From Gammaproteobacteria bacterium (GTDB taxonomy: Bacteria; Pseudomonadota; Gammaproteobacteria; Francisellales; CACEW01): DNA of 45,321 nucleotides. Shown here piece by piece: positions 18,793 to 29,302 of the stretch (position 1 is the first letter of the stretch; each line of letters starts with the position of its first letter). The stretch covers positions 1 to 45,321 of the forward strand of contig JANQIS010000038.1 in NCBI GenBank assembly GCA_028282045.1, written 5' to 3'. A program made the translations under genes and the position numbers. The notes beneath the pieces are model-generated. The model did not search any database and had not been told where the DNA came from. It saw only the letters and a program-made list of their open reading frames with translations.

Positions 18793-21120
18793 CTACATGA
18801 ATACAACTGGGACATTCTTATCTTTTTCTGCTGTTGTTGGCGCTAAACCAACATCGGTATAAGAAGGCACATTAAAATAGTCACTTGCTATAGCCGTTTT
18901 GATAGCTTCTGCTATTTGTTTGAAAGAAAAATTTGACTGTATTTCTACCATTACAGGCTCATCTGTATCGGCTACAGATGGTGCCTTCCCAACCCCATCA
19001 ACCTTAAACCAGGCAAACTTTCTTGAATCTTTGGTAGCAAACTTAAAGTACTCAGATTCAGTTGGTACTCGATTGATTGTGAAGACCATTTTAAATGGGT
19101 TGTTAACAGTGCTCTTGAACTTATCAACCATTCTCTCAATGGTGTCAGTTGAATCTAAATCAACCTCGATAAGATTTTTAACTGTTTTTTTGTTATTAAG
19201 CTCGCTTGGCCAATGGCCTACTCCGTCAACCTTAAAAACAATAGCAATCTCATCAGGGGCTTCAAATGCTCTTCCTGCACCACCATGAATAGAGCCTAAA
19301 GTGAAATGACGACTTTTACTAAACCCTAAGCAACCACCAGCGTAATTACATCTTTCAGATTGGTATGGTACTTGCCCATTATAACTTCTATAGTCCGTTG
19401 CCTGACTTGATTCAAATGATATTTTTGCATTCCAAGGGGTTTTAGCGGTACCGTGAGCAAAGCTGATTACTTTGAGATGATCCAACCCTAATGAGTGATC
19501 ATATACAACTACTCCACCATTGTTTCTATAGCGTGCTGTATAGGTCTTTGAAAAAGTATTAACCAATGGGCCGGAAGAGCCATATTGATAGCTGTTGTGG
19601 CCTGCTGCTACACCGGGTGATTCTGAGCTGTCAAATCGGTTGTCGGTCACATAATTGGACATAGCCGTTATAGTAGCTTCACTGCTCGAGTCTTTGCTAA
19701 CCACAATCCCATACTTGTTAGCAATACTACCGCTTTTGTCTATTACCCACTGAGTATTACCGCCATCATAGCCATCATAAGGGTCTTTAGTGTGTTTGGG
19801 GTCACCTTCAAAATTAGCAGTAAAGGTGAGAAGGTTATCTTTCGTCTCAACGATCAACCCACCACCAGAACCCCATTTATTGCCGAGGACGTCGTAGAGG
19901 TTTTTATATGGTATCCCGTACTGATTAGCACCATTAACAGGAAAGCTTTGAGCTGCTTTGGTTAAAACAATCATGTTTTGTTGCACAGCATCCTTATCCA
20001 CTTTGGCATATTCACCGGTTCTGCGTTGTACCATGGTTCTTCCATTGAAGAATATGTAGCCGCCAAAGTTATCAGCAACACTATAACCCTGATAATCCAT
20101 TGAATTACCAAAGCATCGAGCGTTAAGTAGTGACTCTGGTAAAACGTTGAAATTAGGATCACTAACAGAGCCAAGACGCCCTAAAACTGACGTAATACCT
20201 ATTTTGTAAGCTGAACCTGTTGGAAATGAAAAGTAAACTTCAAGACTAGATGGCTCATGCACGGTCTTGCCTTCTAATGAAGGCACTGTAATGGTCTTGG
20301 TGAATTTCGATAAAGTAGAGGTGACCGTGACTGTATCGATTAAAATATCATCGGATGCCGAAGCACCAGAAGATGATGGGCCATAATTTCTTATCATGCG
20401 CAACTCTAGTTGAGCGCCATTACCATTTCTGTCTTGAGCATAAAAGCTGAAGGTAATATCTTTACCAGCTAACACTTCAACCGGACCCATTTCTTGCTTT
20501 AACCTTGAGAATGACTCTTTAGTGGATGGGGCTATGCCATCTATAATGCAAATGTACTTAGGCAGGTCATTGGCTTTATCGTTTAGGATTTCCTCAAATG
20601 TGATAACTCTATCTGTCACCCTAAGATCAGCATCAGTCTCATAAGTCCATCCAGGACAAACTCCAGTGGTGGCAAATTTAACTGCGCCCACCTTGTTTGA
20701 GTCAGAATAGAATTCAAATGGGTAATTAAACTGTCCATTAACAATGTAGTCATCGGCAATATTAACCGTAGTCGAGCCTTGTTTTGCAGTCTCTGGCCAG
20801 TTGTTGATTCTTAAAACTTTGACATTGTTTGAATTTTTAACTACCAGGTCATAAAGCTCTAAGGTTGTTTCATCGGCCTCATTGACAGGATAGGCAAATA
20901 TCGAAAAAGGAAGCGCACCAGCAGAATTTAAATGCAATGGATTAGGCGCTGCAACATATGGATTATCGGGGTCATTGGAGCGCTGATATGCGCTTTTAAG
21001 GATAGACGTGCCAGCTTTGTAGAAAAAGACACTCCCAACAACCGGCATTCTCGTCGATGGGTCAATAATGTTTTGCTGTATCGGTGGTGATAATATGAGT
21101 TTTGAATTATTGATGGACAT
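18793..21120 (-). CDS. Tail fibre or tailspike protein
   Basis: 775 aa, the largest distal structural gene, following the internal-protein genes. Its start overlaps the upstream gene by 14 nt. Confidence 0.65.
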   Translation of the reverse strand: MSINNSKLILSPPIQQNIIDPSTRMPVVGSVFFYKAGTSILKSAYQRSNDPDNPYVAAPNPLHLNSAGALPFSIFAYPVNEADETTLELYDLVVKNSNNVKVLRINNWPETAKQGSTTVNIADDYIVNGQFNYPFEFYSDSNKVGAVKFATTGVCPGWTYETDADLRVTDRVITFEEILNDKANDLPKYICIIDGIAPSTKESFSRLKQEMGPVEVLAGKDITFSFYAQDRNGNGAQLELRMIRNYGPSSSGASASDDILIDTVTVTSTLSKFTKTITVPSLEGKTVHEPSSLEVYFSFPTGSAYKIGITSVLGRLGSVSDPNFNVLPESLLNARCFGNSMDYQGYSVADNFGGYIFFNGRTMVQRRTGEYAKVDKDAVQQNMIVLTKAAQSFPVNGANQYGIPYKNLYDVLGNKWGSGGGLIVETKDNLLTFTANFEGDPKHTKDPYDGYDGGNTQWVIDKSGSIANKYGIVVSKDSSSEATITAMSNYVTDNRFDSSESPGVAAGHNSYQYGSSGPLVNTFSKTYTARYRNNGGVVVYDHSLGLDHLKVISFAHGTAKTPWNAKISFESSQATDYRSYNGQVPYQSERCNYAGGCLGFSKSRHFTLGSIHGGAGRAFEAPDEIAIVFKVDGVGHWPSELNNKKTVKNLIEVDLDSTDTIERMVDKFKSTVNNPFKMVFTINRVPTESEYFKFATKDSRKFAWFKVDGVGKAPSVADTDEPVMVEIQSNFSFKQIAEAIKTAIASDYFNVPSYTDVGLAPTTAEKDKNVPVVFM

Positions 21121-23155
21121 TATGACCTCCTACAGCATTGATGGTGGCAACAGGTCTTCCAGAACCAAGGTATTGAGCTATTAGTCTGCGTAATGAATCT
21201 TCTGGGGTGACAGAGTCAACTGATCCATGGAGGAGTGCTTCTTTTAATGCTGGGGATCGCATGAGGTGCGCTAAACCAGACATGCCACCAACGGTGGCAA
21301 TACTGGCAGGTATAGCAACGGCAGGTCTATGTATAGCTCCTACCATAGCTGCTCCAGCCTCTGGTAAGTGCTGGGCTAGTGATTTTAAAGCAAAACCGGT
21401 TAAGGGTGGGTTGGCTCTGAGTCTACTGTTTCGTGTGATTTCTTCCATTTCCCCCAGGTCTTGAAACTTTTTGCGCACAGAAGACGTGAGTACTGCATCT
21501 TTTGTATCTTCTGGCAGCTTTGAATAACCATGCCATAATTTTATTGCTTTGGTTTCTTTCTCACCCAATGGATTTTCAAAGGTTGCATTTTTGAGTCGAT
21601 CAGCCAATACAAGGTTTTTTGCGCTCTCTGGCAGATCATTTAAAACCTTTCTAATTTCAGGCGTTTCATTATTGGCAAGGCGTACTGATAAAGATTGAGG
21701 ATTGTCTACTTTTCCCTTGGCTGCATCAAAAACTAATTTATCACTGCGATATGGAGAGACTTCTTTAGCGAAATAAGCATTTGCTTTGTTGTAGAGCTCT
21801 TTGGTTTGAGGGCTCATTGCAGCGCCCATATCCTGGTTCAGCGCATCGTGCATTTGCTTTAGTACAAACCCTTCTTCTTGTTTGTCTGGATTCATGTAGG
21901 CAGCACTGGCTTTCTTGCCTAAATAAGATTTAACGCCATGGGCTGTTTTAAGATCAGCAGTCCCATTTAACACATCTTCAATTTGTGGTTTATTCAGTAA
22001 CTTTGGATCGGCCATCAACCAATCGATGGGAGTATTGATGAAATTCTTAGGCGTGCCTAATTTGAAATTGTTCTTATCGCCATGTTCTATAGCAGCATTA
22101 TATAGCTGAGAGGTCTGTGCTGTTCTTTGCTTGTAATTGTCTTTAAGGGATTTGGCAAGTCCCTTTTTAATATCACCAACGTTGTAATTACCCAACAACT
22201 GATCATGCAATTGAGAGCCGGCTTTCTCGAAATCTTGAGCCGTAGCATGTGAAGCTTTGTAGCTACCTGATTTTGGAAACCCTGACAACCAATTATAAAA
22301 GCGTGAAGATTGGGTAGATCCTAGCAAATCCCCAATGGGGATATTTTTGTATGCGCTATTTTTGTCAAGTAACTGGGATACCTGCTCAGGCGTTCTTTCA
22401 ATATCTGAGTTGTTGGCTAATTTCCTTGCGTAGCTTGATGCAAATGCGGCAGGCGTTCTGGTTAGAGCTCCAAGAAGTGCGCCAAGCAGACCACCGCTAC
22501 CCAAATCAGAGGAAATAGAGCGATTATTGTCCAAAGCATTGTAGAGTGCTCCATAAGTTGCGCCGGTTGCGGCAGGATTAACAAGATGTTCTGCAAAATT
22601 AACAGCTCTACCGGCATAAGGCAAGCTTTTTAAGGCTTGATAAGCGCTTTGGAGCTTGGGTGTGAATTGAGCGCCTTTACCCAATACAGATGCCAGTTTT
22701 GCCTCAGGGAGCGCAAAGGTAGGCGCCCCCTCTCCCATAGCGTAATACATTGGATGCTTTGGATGAGGATTAACTTGTGTGTTTACAGTATGCAGGGGGA
22801 TTGTGTTTGGAAATAATGCATGAAGACCGCGATCAGCTAAATTATATAATCCTTCACCCGTTCCTATTACAAACTGCTCTCCACCTTGAGCAGCATTTTT
22901 AATACGACCCGTTACATCACTGCCGGTCAGCATATCTGATAATTTAGCAACAGATGTAACGGGATTTTGCAGTGCTATAGCATCACCAACCGATGGCATT
23001 TTATTTTCCCATTGGGAAAGCATGCTTTGATTGTTTTGCATTCCTTGATACTGAGCTTTTAGTTCCTGCAGACCAGCAGTGCTGACTTTGGATAAATCGC
23101 CACTTTTTAATGCCTGCAAGTCTGGCGTGGATAATTTACTGTAATCAATGGTCAT
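21107..23155 (-). CDS. Internal virion or ejection protein (large)
   Basis: 682 aa, at the position of T7 gp15/16-type proteins. No lytic transglycosylase motif was seen. Confidence 0.5.
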   Translation of the reverse strand: MTIDYSKLSTPDLQALKSGDLSKVSTAGLQELKAQYQGMQNNQSMLSQWENKMPSVGDAIALQNPVTSVAKLSDMLTGSDVTGRIKNAAQGGEQFVIGTGEGLYNLADRGLHALFPNTIPLHTVNTQVNPHPKHPMYYAMGEGAPTFALPEAKLASVLGKGAQFTPKLQSAYQALKSLPYAGRAVNFAEHLVNPAATGATYGALYNALDNNRSISSDLGSGGLLGALLGALTRTPAAFASSYARKLANNSDIERTPEQVSQLLDKNSAYKNIPIGDLLGSTQSSRFYNWLSGFPKSGSYKASHATAQDFEKAGSQLHDQLLGNYNVGDIKKGLAKSLKDNYKQRTAQTSQLYNAAIEHGDKNNFKLGTPKNFINTPIDWLMADPKLLNKPQIEDVLNGTADLKTAHGVKSYLGKKASAAYMNPDKQEEGFVLKQMHDALNQDMGAAMSPQTKELYNKANAYFAKEVSPYRSDKLVFDAAKGKVDNPQSLSVRLANNETPEIRKVLNDLPESAKNLVLADRLKNATFENPLGEKETKAIKLWHGYSKLPEDTKDAVLTSSVRKKFQDLGEMEEITRNSRLRANPPLTGFALKSLAQHLPEAGAAMVGAIHRPAVAIPASIATVGGMSGLAHLMRSPALKEALLHGSVDSVTPEDSLRRLIAQYLGSGRPVATINAVGGHNVHQ

Positions 23156-24312
23156 TATCTGACACCTCTTTTTGCTAATTCAGCGTCAATAGCGTTTTCA
23201 TCAATACCATATGGCAAGGAAGAATTATTTTGACTTACAGGGGCATTACCACCAGGGCTAGATTGTCCATGACCAGACAATAAGCCGGCCTGTATTGTGT
23301 CTATAAGCTGTTTACGTTTGGCAGCATCTTTGGCAATTTCAGAAGGATTATCATTGTTTAGTGGGATGCCATATTTCATAATTTGGTTGTATTTTTTCTG
23401 GCGAATCAGCGCTTCGGCAATAGTTGTGGCAATACGTCTTGTGTAGATATGTGGGTTGTCGTCCCATCTTGGGGCGATTGACACAAGCATGCTTTTATAA
23501 AGCTCATTTGTTTTATTCAAGCCATTGATGGCAAGAAGATTATCTGCAACATGAGGAAGGCCTGTAGTAGTTGCAGCCCTGTATTTGTCATATTCAGGTG
23601 ATTCCATCCCAACCAGGCTAGCCAGATAATTGGGAATTTTAGTGTTCGCCAACCCAACATACGGGACAATATCTTGAGTTGATCTATATAATGAAGATAA
23701 TGCAGGCGATTCGTTAATGGCGTTTTGCTGCATTTTACCCGCATTTTGGGCTGTAGGTGTTGATACAAAACCGCCTGTTTGAGGATCGTATACCGTAGAA
23801 CCCCCAGTGCTAAATCTACTATGTGGACTTGCTGGAGTTCGTTGCAGCCCGTCTTGGGATGCAATAGGTTGACCTGACGCATCATATTGTTGTGCCGTGA
23901 CACCAGTCGGTATAGCGCCACCTGTGGTAATAGAAAACCCACCTCCTGGTAAAGAATTAATGGCCATACCGCTTTTATTGGGCATCAGGCTTTGTCCATT
24001 ATCCTTCAAAGGCACTACCTCGCCAGTTAATCTGTTTACACGCATATATCCAGTCTGCGTTGGAACAACTTGATAATCATTTGATTGAGGTTGAGGATTT
24101 AAGAGTGTCTGTATATGACTTCTCATCAAGTCATTTCTAACTTGAGCATTAGCATGCTGATCGTTATACATTCGTGGCCCATACAACAACTTCATCAAAG
24201 CATTACCTGCATTAGCACCACCTTGGATGCTCTTTGAGAGGATGTTGAACGGATTGTTCATCTGTCCTACTTTTGCGCCTAATAATGCTTGTAATCCTGG
24301 ATTAAATGCCAT
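23155..24312 (-). CDS. Internal virion or ejection protein
   Basis: ATG at 24312 is preceded by GAGGTGA (the track start 24318 is TTG). Low-complexity G/Q/N/P-rich regions. Confidence 0.5.
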   Translation of the reverse strand: MAFNPGLQALLGAKVGQMNNPFNILSKSIQGGANAGNALMKLLYGPRMYNDQHANAQVRNDLMRSHIQTLLNPQPQSNDYQVVPTQTGYMRVNRLTGEVVPLKDNGQSLMPNKSGMAINSLPGGGFSITTGGAIPTGVTAQQYDASGQPIASQDGLQRTPASPHSRFSTGGSTVYDPQTGGFVSTPTAQNAGKMQQNAINESPALSSLYRSTQDIVPYVGLANTKIPNYLASLVGMESPEYDKYRAATTTGLPHVADNLLAINGLNKTNELYKSMLVSIAPRWDDNPHIYTRRIATTIAEALIRQKKYNQIMKYGIPLNNDNPSEIAKDAAKRKQLIDTIQAGLLSGHGQSSPGGNAPVSQNNSSLPYGIDENAIDAELAKRGVR

Positions 24313-24323
24313 AATCAATCACC

Positions 24324-24977
24324 TCACATAAACCAGTTGGACATGTATGACAATGCTTCGGGATTCACGCCTCTAGATGCCCCAGAAGCACCACCAAACA
24401 AGTCACCAATGCCAGGTATTCCAGCAATATCACCAGCTAGACCAGCCAGACCGCCTAATGCGTTAAATGCACCACCCAATCCATGGTTTTGATTACCCCA
24501 TGACCTTGACGCCACTTGGTTATTGGCAAGTGCCTGCAAGTACTGCCATAACTGTTGTGTCGCTGTTAATCCTTGCCCTGCAAGCTGACCGGCTGCTTGC
24601 GTTCCATATTCATAAGGCTGCACGGCATTTTGATAAAACTGGTTCTGATCTCGACTGACAATGTTTTGCACATCCCCAGCAAGACGCTGCTGTTCTTGAG
24701 GTGTACCAAGATAGCCACCTGCTGCTGCAGCACGGTTAGCTGCATCAGTTGCTTGTTGTACTTGATGTTGAGCATAAGGTGATTCCTGGTATTGGCTCAT
24801 AATGGAATTTTCAAAGCCAACAGGGCCAAGACCTAAGAATTTAGCAATGGCATTTTTAAACTGATCTGAACCCCATTTGCCATTATTGACAAACGGCATG
24901 ATATTGGACTCAAATCGCTTTAATATGCGTCCTGATTCATCAAATGGGTTAGAACCACCACCGCCAAATAAGCTCAT
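24324..24977 (-). CDS. Gly/Gln-rich internal virion protein
   Basis: 217 aa. The termini are MSLFGGGGSNPF... and ...GGLAGLAGDIAGIPGIGDLFGGASGAS. ATGA coupling to the upstream gene. Confidence 0.5.
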   Translation of the reverse strand: MSLFGGGGSNPFDESGRILKRFESNIMPFVNNGKWGSDQFKNAIAKFLGLGPVGFENSIMSQYQESPYAQHQVQQATDAANRAAAAGGYLGTPQEQQRLAGDVQNIVSRDQNQFYQNAVQPYEYGTQAAGQLAGQGLTATQQLWQYLQALANNQVASRSWGNQNHGLGGAFNALGGLAGLAGDIAGIPGIGDLFGGASGASRGVNPEALSYMSNWFM

Positions 24978-25378
24978 GAGCCTAACTCCTCTACAAACTG
25001 ATCTAAAAAGTTTTTAGCATCAGTGGTTAATAGTCCTGTCGATACATCTATCCACGGCTTAGTGTGATCGTATTTTTTGGTTAATTTGGTCTGAAACGCC
25101 AGATAATTACCCTTTAAATCATTGCAACGATAAAGGTTGTTCTCTTTATCGTGAACGATTTTTGGCTGGTAGTATTTATCATTCCTCGCATCGCCAATGG
25201 TCTTTTGAGTAAGCGCTTTAATGGTTTTTGCATCAACGCTAGGCTGAACATAGCCATCATCAGGCAAATGCTCACGCAACTGAATGAGAAGCTGCGATAA
25301 CATCAAGGCAAATTCATTGGTTAATCGGCCTTTCTCATCAATGACATGGGTGTTAACAGTAAAATCAGGTATCTGCAT
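24974..25378 (-). CDS. Phage structural-module hypothetical protein
   Basis: 134-aa ORF, ATG start, within the late operon. Confidence 0.5.
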   Translation of the reverse strand: MQIPDFTVNTHVIDEKGRLTNEFALMLSQLLIQLREHLPDDGYVQPSVDAKTIKALTQKTIGDARNDKYYQPKIVHDKENNLYRCNDLKGNYLAFQTKLTKKYDHTKPWIDVSTGLLTTDAKNFLDQFVEELGS

Positions 25379-25380
25379 TA

Positions 25381-27024
25381 TTAACTCCCCACCGAAGCTT
25401 TTGCTTCAATAATGGCAATGGGTTGCTTTGAAAATATTTCAAACTTAAATGTCCAGGTACGAGATGCTCCAAGTCCATTGGTTAGCACATAAAATGGGTC
25501 CTTGTAGTTTGCTCTCTCATATAAATCGACATCTCTAACATCTAAGAATGTCACACCGAAATCATGACTAATTGATAGACGAAGCTTGCCTAATGGGTCG
25601 GTTGTGACAATTCTGAAGTTAGATAAATCAGTTGGAGTCCCAGGAAAATCGATATTACATAAAATGATATTTTGGCTATCTAATTTAACTCCGCTTACTG
25701 TCATTTCTTTGGGAATCTTCCAATATTCACAACGTTTAGCATCAGTCAGATCATCAAATGATCTGAAAAACCCTTTGTCGGCTAATTGCCCAAATTCTTC
25801 AATGAGCTTATCATCAAGGCGCTCTACAAATGGCGCACCATTGACACCGTGTTCCATTTTAAGGCGAATTTGAGACACCGTTACAGGGTTATCAAAGTAT
25901 TGTGTTTTAGTCACTCGAATACGTTGAATTTGTTTGCCATTATTAGAGGGAATCTTGTTTGATAGCTGGTAAATACCGGGTTGATTTCTAATAAGGCAGT
26001 AAATCTTATCTTTGTTAGCGGCGATATATTGAATATCACTGGCCTTCTCGAAATTACTGACCTTGATAAACGACTTGGTTGTAAAGTCATAGGCAATAGA
26101 AACATCATCAGCATAGAAATTAAGCTGATAGAATATGTGGCCGTCTTGTTGAAATAAAAACCCTTCGCACAGATTAGGAAATTCTAAATCATCAATGAGT
26201 GCATCAATATTATCGTTTGATATTGGCTTTGGCATGGCTCCATCAGAGACCATAATCACTGCAGAGGCTTGTTTGTTAGAGGCAAGCCACACGCACAGCC
26301 CAAATCCTTGAGCAATGGAATTGACTGACAAACAGCCATAAGTGATAAAGACCGACTTGATCTCTTGCCAAGGGGAAGGAAGAGTGCCGGCATCATAAAA
26401 TACGGTGGTCTCATCGGTGCCAAAGACTAAAACTTGCTTACCGGCATGACCCACTGCAACGCACTTGCTATCAATGCGCTCAGTTGAGTCAGTATCCCAT
26501 ACTTTTCCATTATTAATTGCTGAGAAATGCCATTTACTACTTTGTGTATCACAAATAATGAAGGATGCGTCTTTGTAAATCACATTTGAGGCAATAACCT
26601 CTTGTGGTAATGCGACCTTTTGGAAGGTATCACCATCTTTATGCTCAACTAGATAGGCTTCACCGCCGGCTGTGAACATTACTTGTTTTGCATCAACACT
26701 CTCAGCGATATGTACGGCGCCATCAGAAGTGCTTAGTGGTAACTTGGTGTTGATAATTTCAGGCACTTTCTCAGGAGATCTGATGAGATAGACATAAATT
26801 CCAAACACACCAATCAGTGCATCATATACACTCGAATAGAATAGAGCTCTAGGATTAGCATCACCAATGGTTGAGTTAACGATCTTGTATCCAGGATAGG
26901 GAAACAAGCACACGCCGACTGATTGCTGCGATAAATACATATTATGCAATTGCTCATTGGATACTTGAGGGTATCTGGATGGATTGTGAGGTCCTGCTAT
27001 ATCGATGGGCAGCCACTGACTCAT
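25381..27024 (-). CDS. Virion structural protein in the tail-tube/nozzle position (T7 gp12-like position)
   Basis: ATG at 27024 forms an ATGA overlap with the upstream stop, and GGAGG lies 9 nt upstream (track start 27033). It is the second gene after the capsid gene. The call is by position only. Confidence 0.5.
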   Translation of the reverse strand: MSQWLPIDIAGPHNPSRYPQVSNEQLHNMYLSQQSVGVCLFPYPGYKIVNSTIGDANPRALFYSSVYDALIGVFGIYVYLIRSPEKVPEIINTKLPLSTSDGAVHIAESVDAKQVMFTAGGEAYLVEHKDGDTFQKVALPQEVIASNVIYKDASFIICDTQSSKWHFSAINNGKVWDTDSTERIDSKCVAVGHAGKQVLVFGTDETTVFYDAGTLPSPWQEIKSVFITYGCLSVNSIAQGFGLCVWLASNKQASAVIMVSDGAMPKPISNDNIDALIDDLEFPNLCEGFLFQQDGHIFYQLNFYADDVSIAYDFTTKSFIKVSNFEKASDIQYIAANKDKIYCLIRNQPGIYQLSNKIPSNNGKQIQRIRVTKTQYFDNPVTVSQIRLKMEHGVNGAPFVERLDDKLIEEFGQLADKGFFRSFDDLTDAKRCEYWKIPKEMTVSGVKLDSQNIILCNIDFPGTPTDLSNFRIVTTDPLGKLRLSISHDFGVTFLDVRDVDLYERANYKDPFYVLTNGLGASRTWTFKFEIFSKQPIAIIEAKASVGS

Positions 27025-27731
27025 GGTCTCCATCCTCCAAGTAACCCTTCTTGTCCGCTGGTTGCTACCTTGTACAGTGATTCACTTGACCCATGTGAGC
27101 CAATATTTGATAAGCTCATAGATGAATTAATAGGTTTTATCGAACGAAGGTCACGTCTAATTCTTGCTATCTCTGATGCAATCTCAGCATCCGGATCAAA
27201 TCCAATAGCCTTGCGCAATCTTGCAGCTAATTCCCATGTAATAAGATCTTCATATAGCTCTAATTCCGATGTGATCTCATCATCACGAGTTAAATCGCTG
27301 ATCGACTTAATCCCATTAATCTCAAGCGTATAATCTTGATTTGGGGTGAAATAAACAATGAAGTCTATTCCACCGGCTCTGCGTTTAGGGTAGGCGCAAT
27401 ATGGAATGCTGCTTGCGTTGACGATACTGTCGTTGTCATAAAACCCTTCAATATTCAAAAGATCTATATCAATTCGAACATTGCCTAAAATAAATTGAGC
27501 TTTTAGCACCTTGATATAACCATCAAGCGCTACGGTATCTTTACCAGCAGTCATGTTGATAGTTAACTGATTGTTAAGCGCAATAACATCACCTTTAATA
27601 TTGATAACCCTGACAATTGAGCGCAGATATTTCTCTGCTCTTTCAATTTCAGGGCTATCAATACCTCCGCCACCAGAGGGGGATATTCTTCCCCACTCAT
27701 AGGCGTTGGTGATTAGCTCCATTACTTTCAT
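27021..27731 (-). CDS. Virion structural protein in the head-tail adaptor / tail tubular A position
   Basis: 236 aa, immediately downstream of the capsid gene. The call is by position only. Confidence 0.5.
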   Translation of the reverse strand: MKVMELITNAYEWGRISPSGGGGIDSPEIERAEKYLRSIVRVINIKGDVIALNNQLTINMTAGKDTVALDGYIKVLKAQFILGNVRIDIDLLNIEGFYDNDSIVNASSIPYCAYPKRRAGGIDFIVYFTPNQDYTLEINGIKSISDLTRDDEITSELELYEDLITWELAARLRKAIGFDPDAEIASEIARIRRDLRSIKPINSSMSLSNIGSHGSSESLYKVATSGQEGLLGGWRP

Positions 27732-27742
27732 GGCTGATAACC

Positions 27743-29041
27743 TTAAGCAAAGTTAAAGTTGCCAGCTTCTAGAGGAAATATGAGTGTAGCCGCATAATCC
27801 CTATCCATTGATACACCAAACAGCACATCATGAACCATTTGCGTAATGGGCTCGCCAAACACGCTACCATGGTAAGTACGCAAAGCAATTCCTGAGTCTG
27901 TTTGAGCTACATCACTAGCGTAGGGTGATTTACTTGGCAATTTAGGACAGGCCATTTGAAATGCTGGCTGATAGAAGATCACACCGCGTTTATGACTTTT
28001 GACGATGTAGAGCTTATCAGTAGCCGGAGCAATAGCACGGGACAAGTTACGCTCAGGATTTTTACCAGTAGCATCAAAGATCAGTGCAGGGGCTACTTTG
28101 ATGGTTAGATTCCCAGAAGCATCAGCAGTGCCACCGGTGATTACTTTAAATTGTGGATTTAAAGCGGTTTGTGTTTTATCTTGCTGGCGTAAGAAACGAA
28201 TGGGTGTAACACCAGATATGTCGCCTAGGTCATCTACAGCAATGGTCTCATCCTTTTTCAGTCCAGATAATACAATCTCACTAGCAGATAAGGTCTCGCC
28301 GTTTTCAGTGTAGGTGCTTTCAGTCACGTTTTTGATCGTGATTTGCTTACCTGATGCGGTGCCTGCTGTATGAGTTGGCAGTAATTGAGATTGGTAGAAC
28401 TGCGTATTGGCCATGCCGCCAACTTGAGGCAGTCTCCAGGTTTGATCTAAATCGTTATTACGATCTGGCACATACTCCTGAGCACCTGAACTAAAGATTG
28501 ATGGAATGGCAGTATCGGGAATAACGCAATGTAGAGTTTGGCTGCCACCAAAATTGCGAGCCGCCACTACTGCTTGGCGTAATGCTGCAAACGATCCCAT
28601 AGTACCTGCTTTTGCTTCACGATCACCAACCCAACGATATCCACCAGCACAAGCTTTTTGAGCCACATAAGCATCTATATCACCAGCCAAGGCAATCATG
28701 GCTTCATCACCCATATCATTGGCTAATTCTTCCAATGGATAAGTGGCTAATTGCTCATCGGTGATAGCATAATTAGTCAAGCGTGCTTGATTAACAGTAA
28801 GGTAAGCAAAACGCTCAGCGAAAGAACCATCATCTTTGGTGTTAAATGATAATGAGTTGGTTACATTAAATAAGGTTGGTTTGCGATATTCAACAGTTTG
28901 TCCCCGTTGTTTGGTAATGGTTTTCCAGTTGTTGAATTTTTTGTTGGTTAATTTAGTCAGCGTTAAAGCCGCTTCTAAAGTAGGCAGTGTGAAATCTTGG
29001 TTATAGGTCTTCACAGCCTGCAAAGTATTATTAATAGCCAT
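27743..29041 (-). CDS. Major capsid protein
   Basis: 432 aa from ATG 29041, with GAGGAA 7 nt upstream (the track start 29056 is TTG). It follows the scaffold gene and has its own promoter and long leader. Confidence 0.7.
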   Translation of the reverse strand: MAINNTLQAVKTYNQDFTLPTLEAALTLTKLTNKKFNNWKTITKQRGQTVEYRKPTLFNVTNSLSFNTKDDGSFAERFAYLTVNQARLTNYAITDEQLATYPLEELANDMGDEAMIALAGDIDAYVAQKACAGGYRWVGDREAKAGTMGSFAALRQAVVAARNFGGSQTLHCVIPDTAIPSIFSSGAQEYVPDRNNDLDQTWRLPQVGGMANTQFYQSQLLPTHTAGTASGKQITIKNVTESTYTENGETLSASEIVLSGLKKDETIAVDDLGDISGVTPIRFLRQQDKTQTALNPQFKVITGGTADASGNLTIKVAPALIFDATGKNPERNLSRAIAPATDKLYIVKSHKRGVIFYQPAFQMACPKLPSKSPYASDVAQTDSGIALRTYHGSVFGEPITQMVHDVLFGVSMDRDYAATLIFPLEAGNFNFA

Positions 29042-29112
29042 GCTAATGTTCCTCAATATGAAAACTGATAAAAAATGTTTGTCGATTTGTTGAACCGAGA
29101 AATCACCTCGTA

Positions 29113-29248
29113 CCAGCGTTATAGGTCGCAGAACCCTGAGCTATTTAGACAGACCGCTCAGATGTCCGACCAGCATTGAGGAATGCAGAACCCTTTGTTT
29201 TGTACGGGAACAAAGAAACCCGAAACAGCATTATAAGTTGCAGAACTG
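29113..29248. repeat. Three 24-bp direct repeats (29113, 29170, 29225), each next to a hairpin, in the scaffold-capsid intergenic leader
   Basis: The repeats are ccagcgttataggtcgcagaaccc / ccagcattgaggaatgcagaaccc / acagcattataagttgcagaactg. The hairpins are CTGAGC/GCTCAG 29136-29161, CTTTGTT/AACAAAG 29193-29215 and AGAACTGCA/TGCAGTTCT 29242-29273. Confidence 0.75.
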
Positions 29249-29274
29249 CACAAGTTTTATCTCATGCAGTTCTA

Positions 29275-29302
29275 ATCATACATAGATTGACACAAAAGTC
29301 AA
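29275..29302 (-). promoter_or_regulatory. Sigma-70-type promoter for the capsid gene (TTGACT-16-TATGAT on the minus strand)
   Basis: The -35 is at 29302-29297 and the -10 at 29280-29275, overlapping the scaffold stop codon. This predicts a roughly 225-nt 5' leader. Confidence 0.45.

Noticed and set aside
18793-21120. A possible diversity-generating retroelement targeting the fibre gene, as in BPP-1-like podoviruses.
   Set aside because: No reverse-transcriptase ORF is present, and I could not see a template-repeat/variable-repeat pair downstream of the fibre genes within the window.
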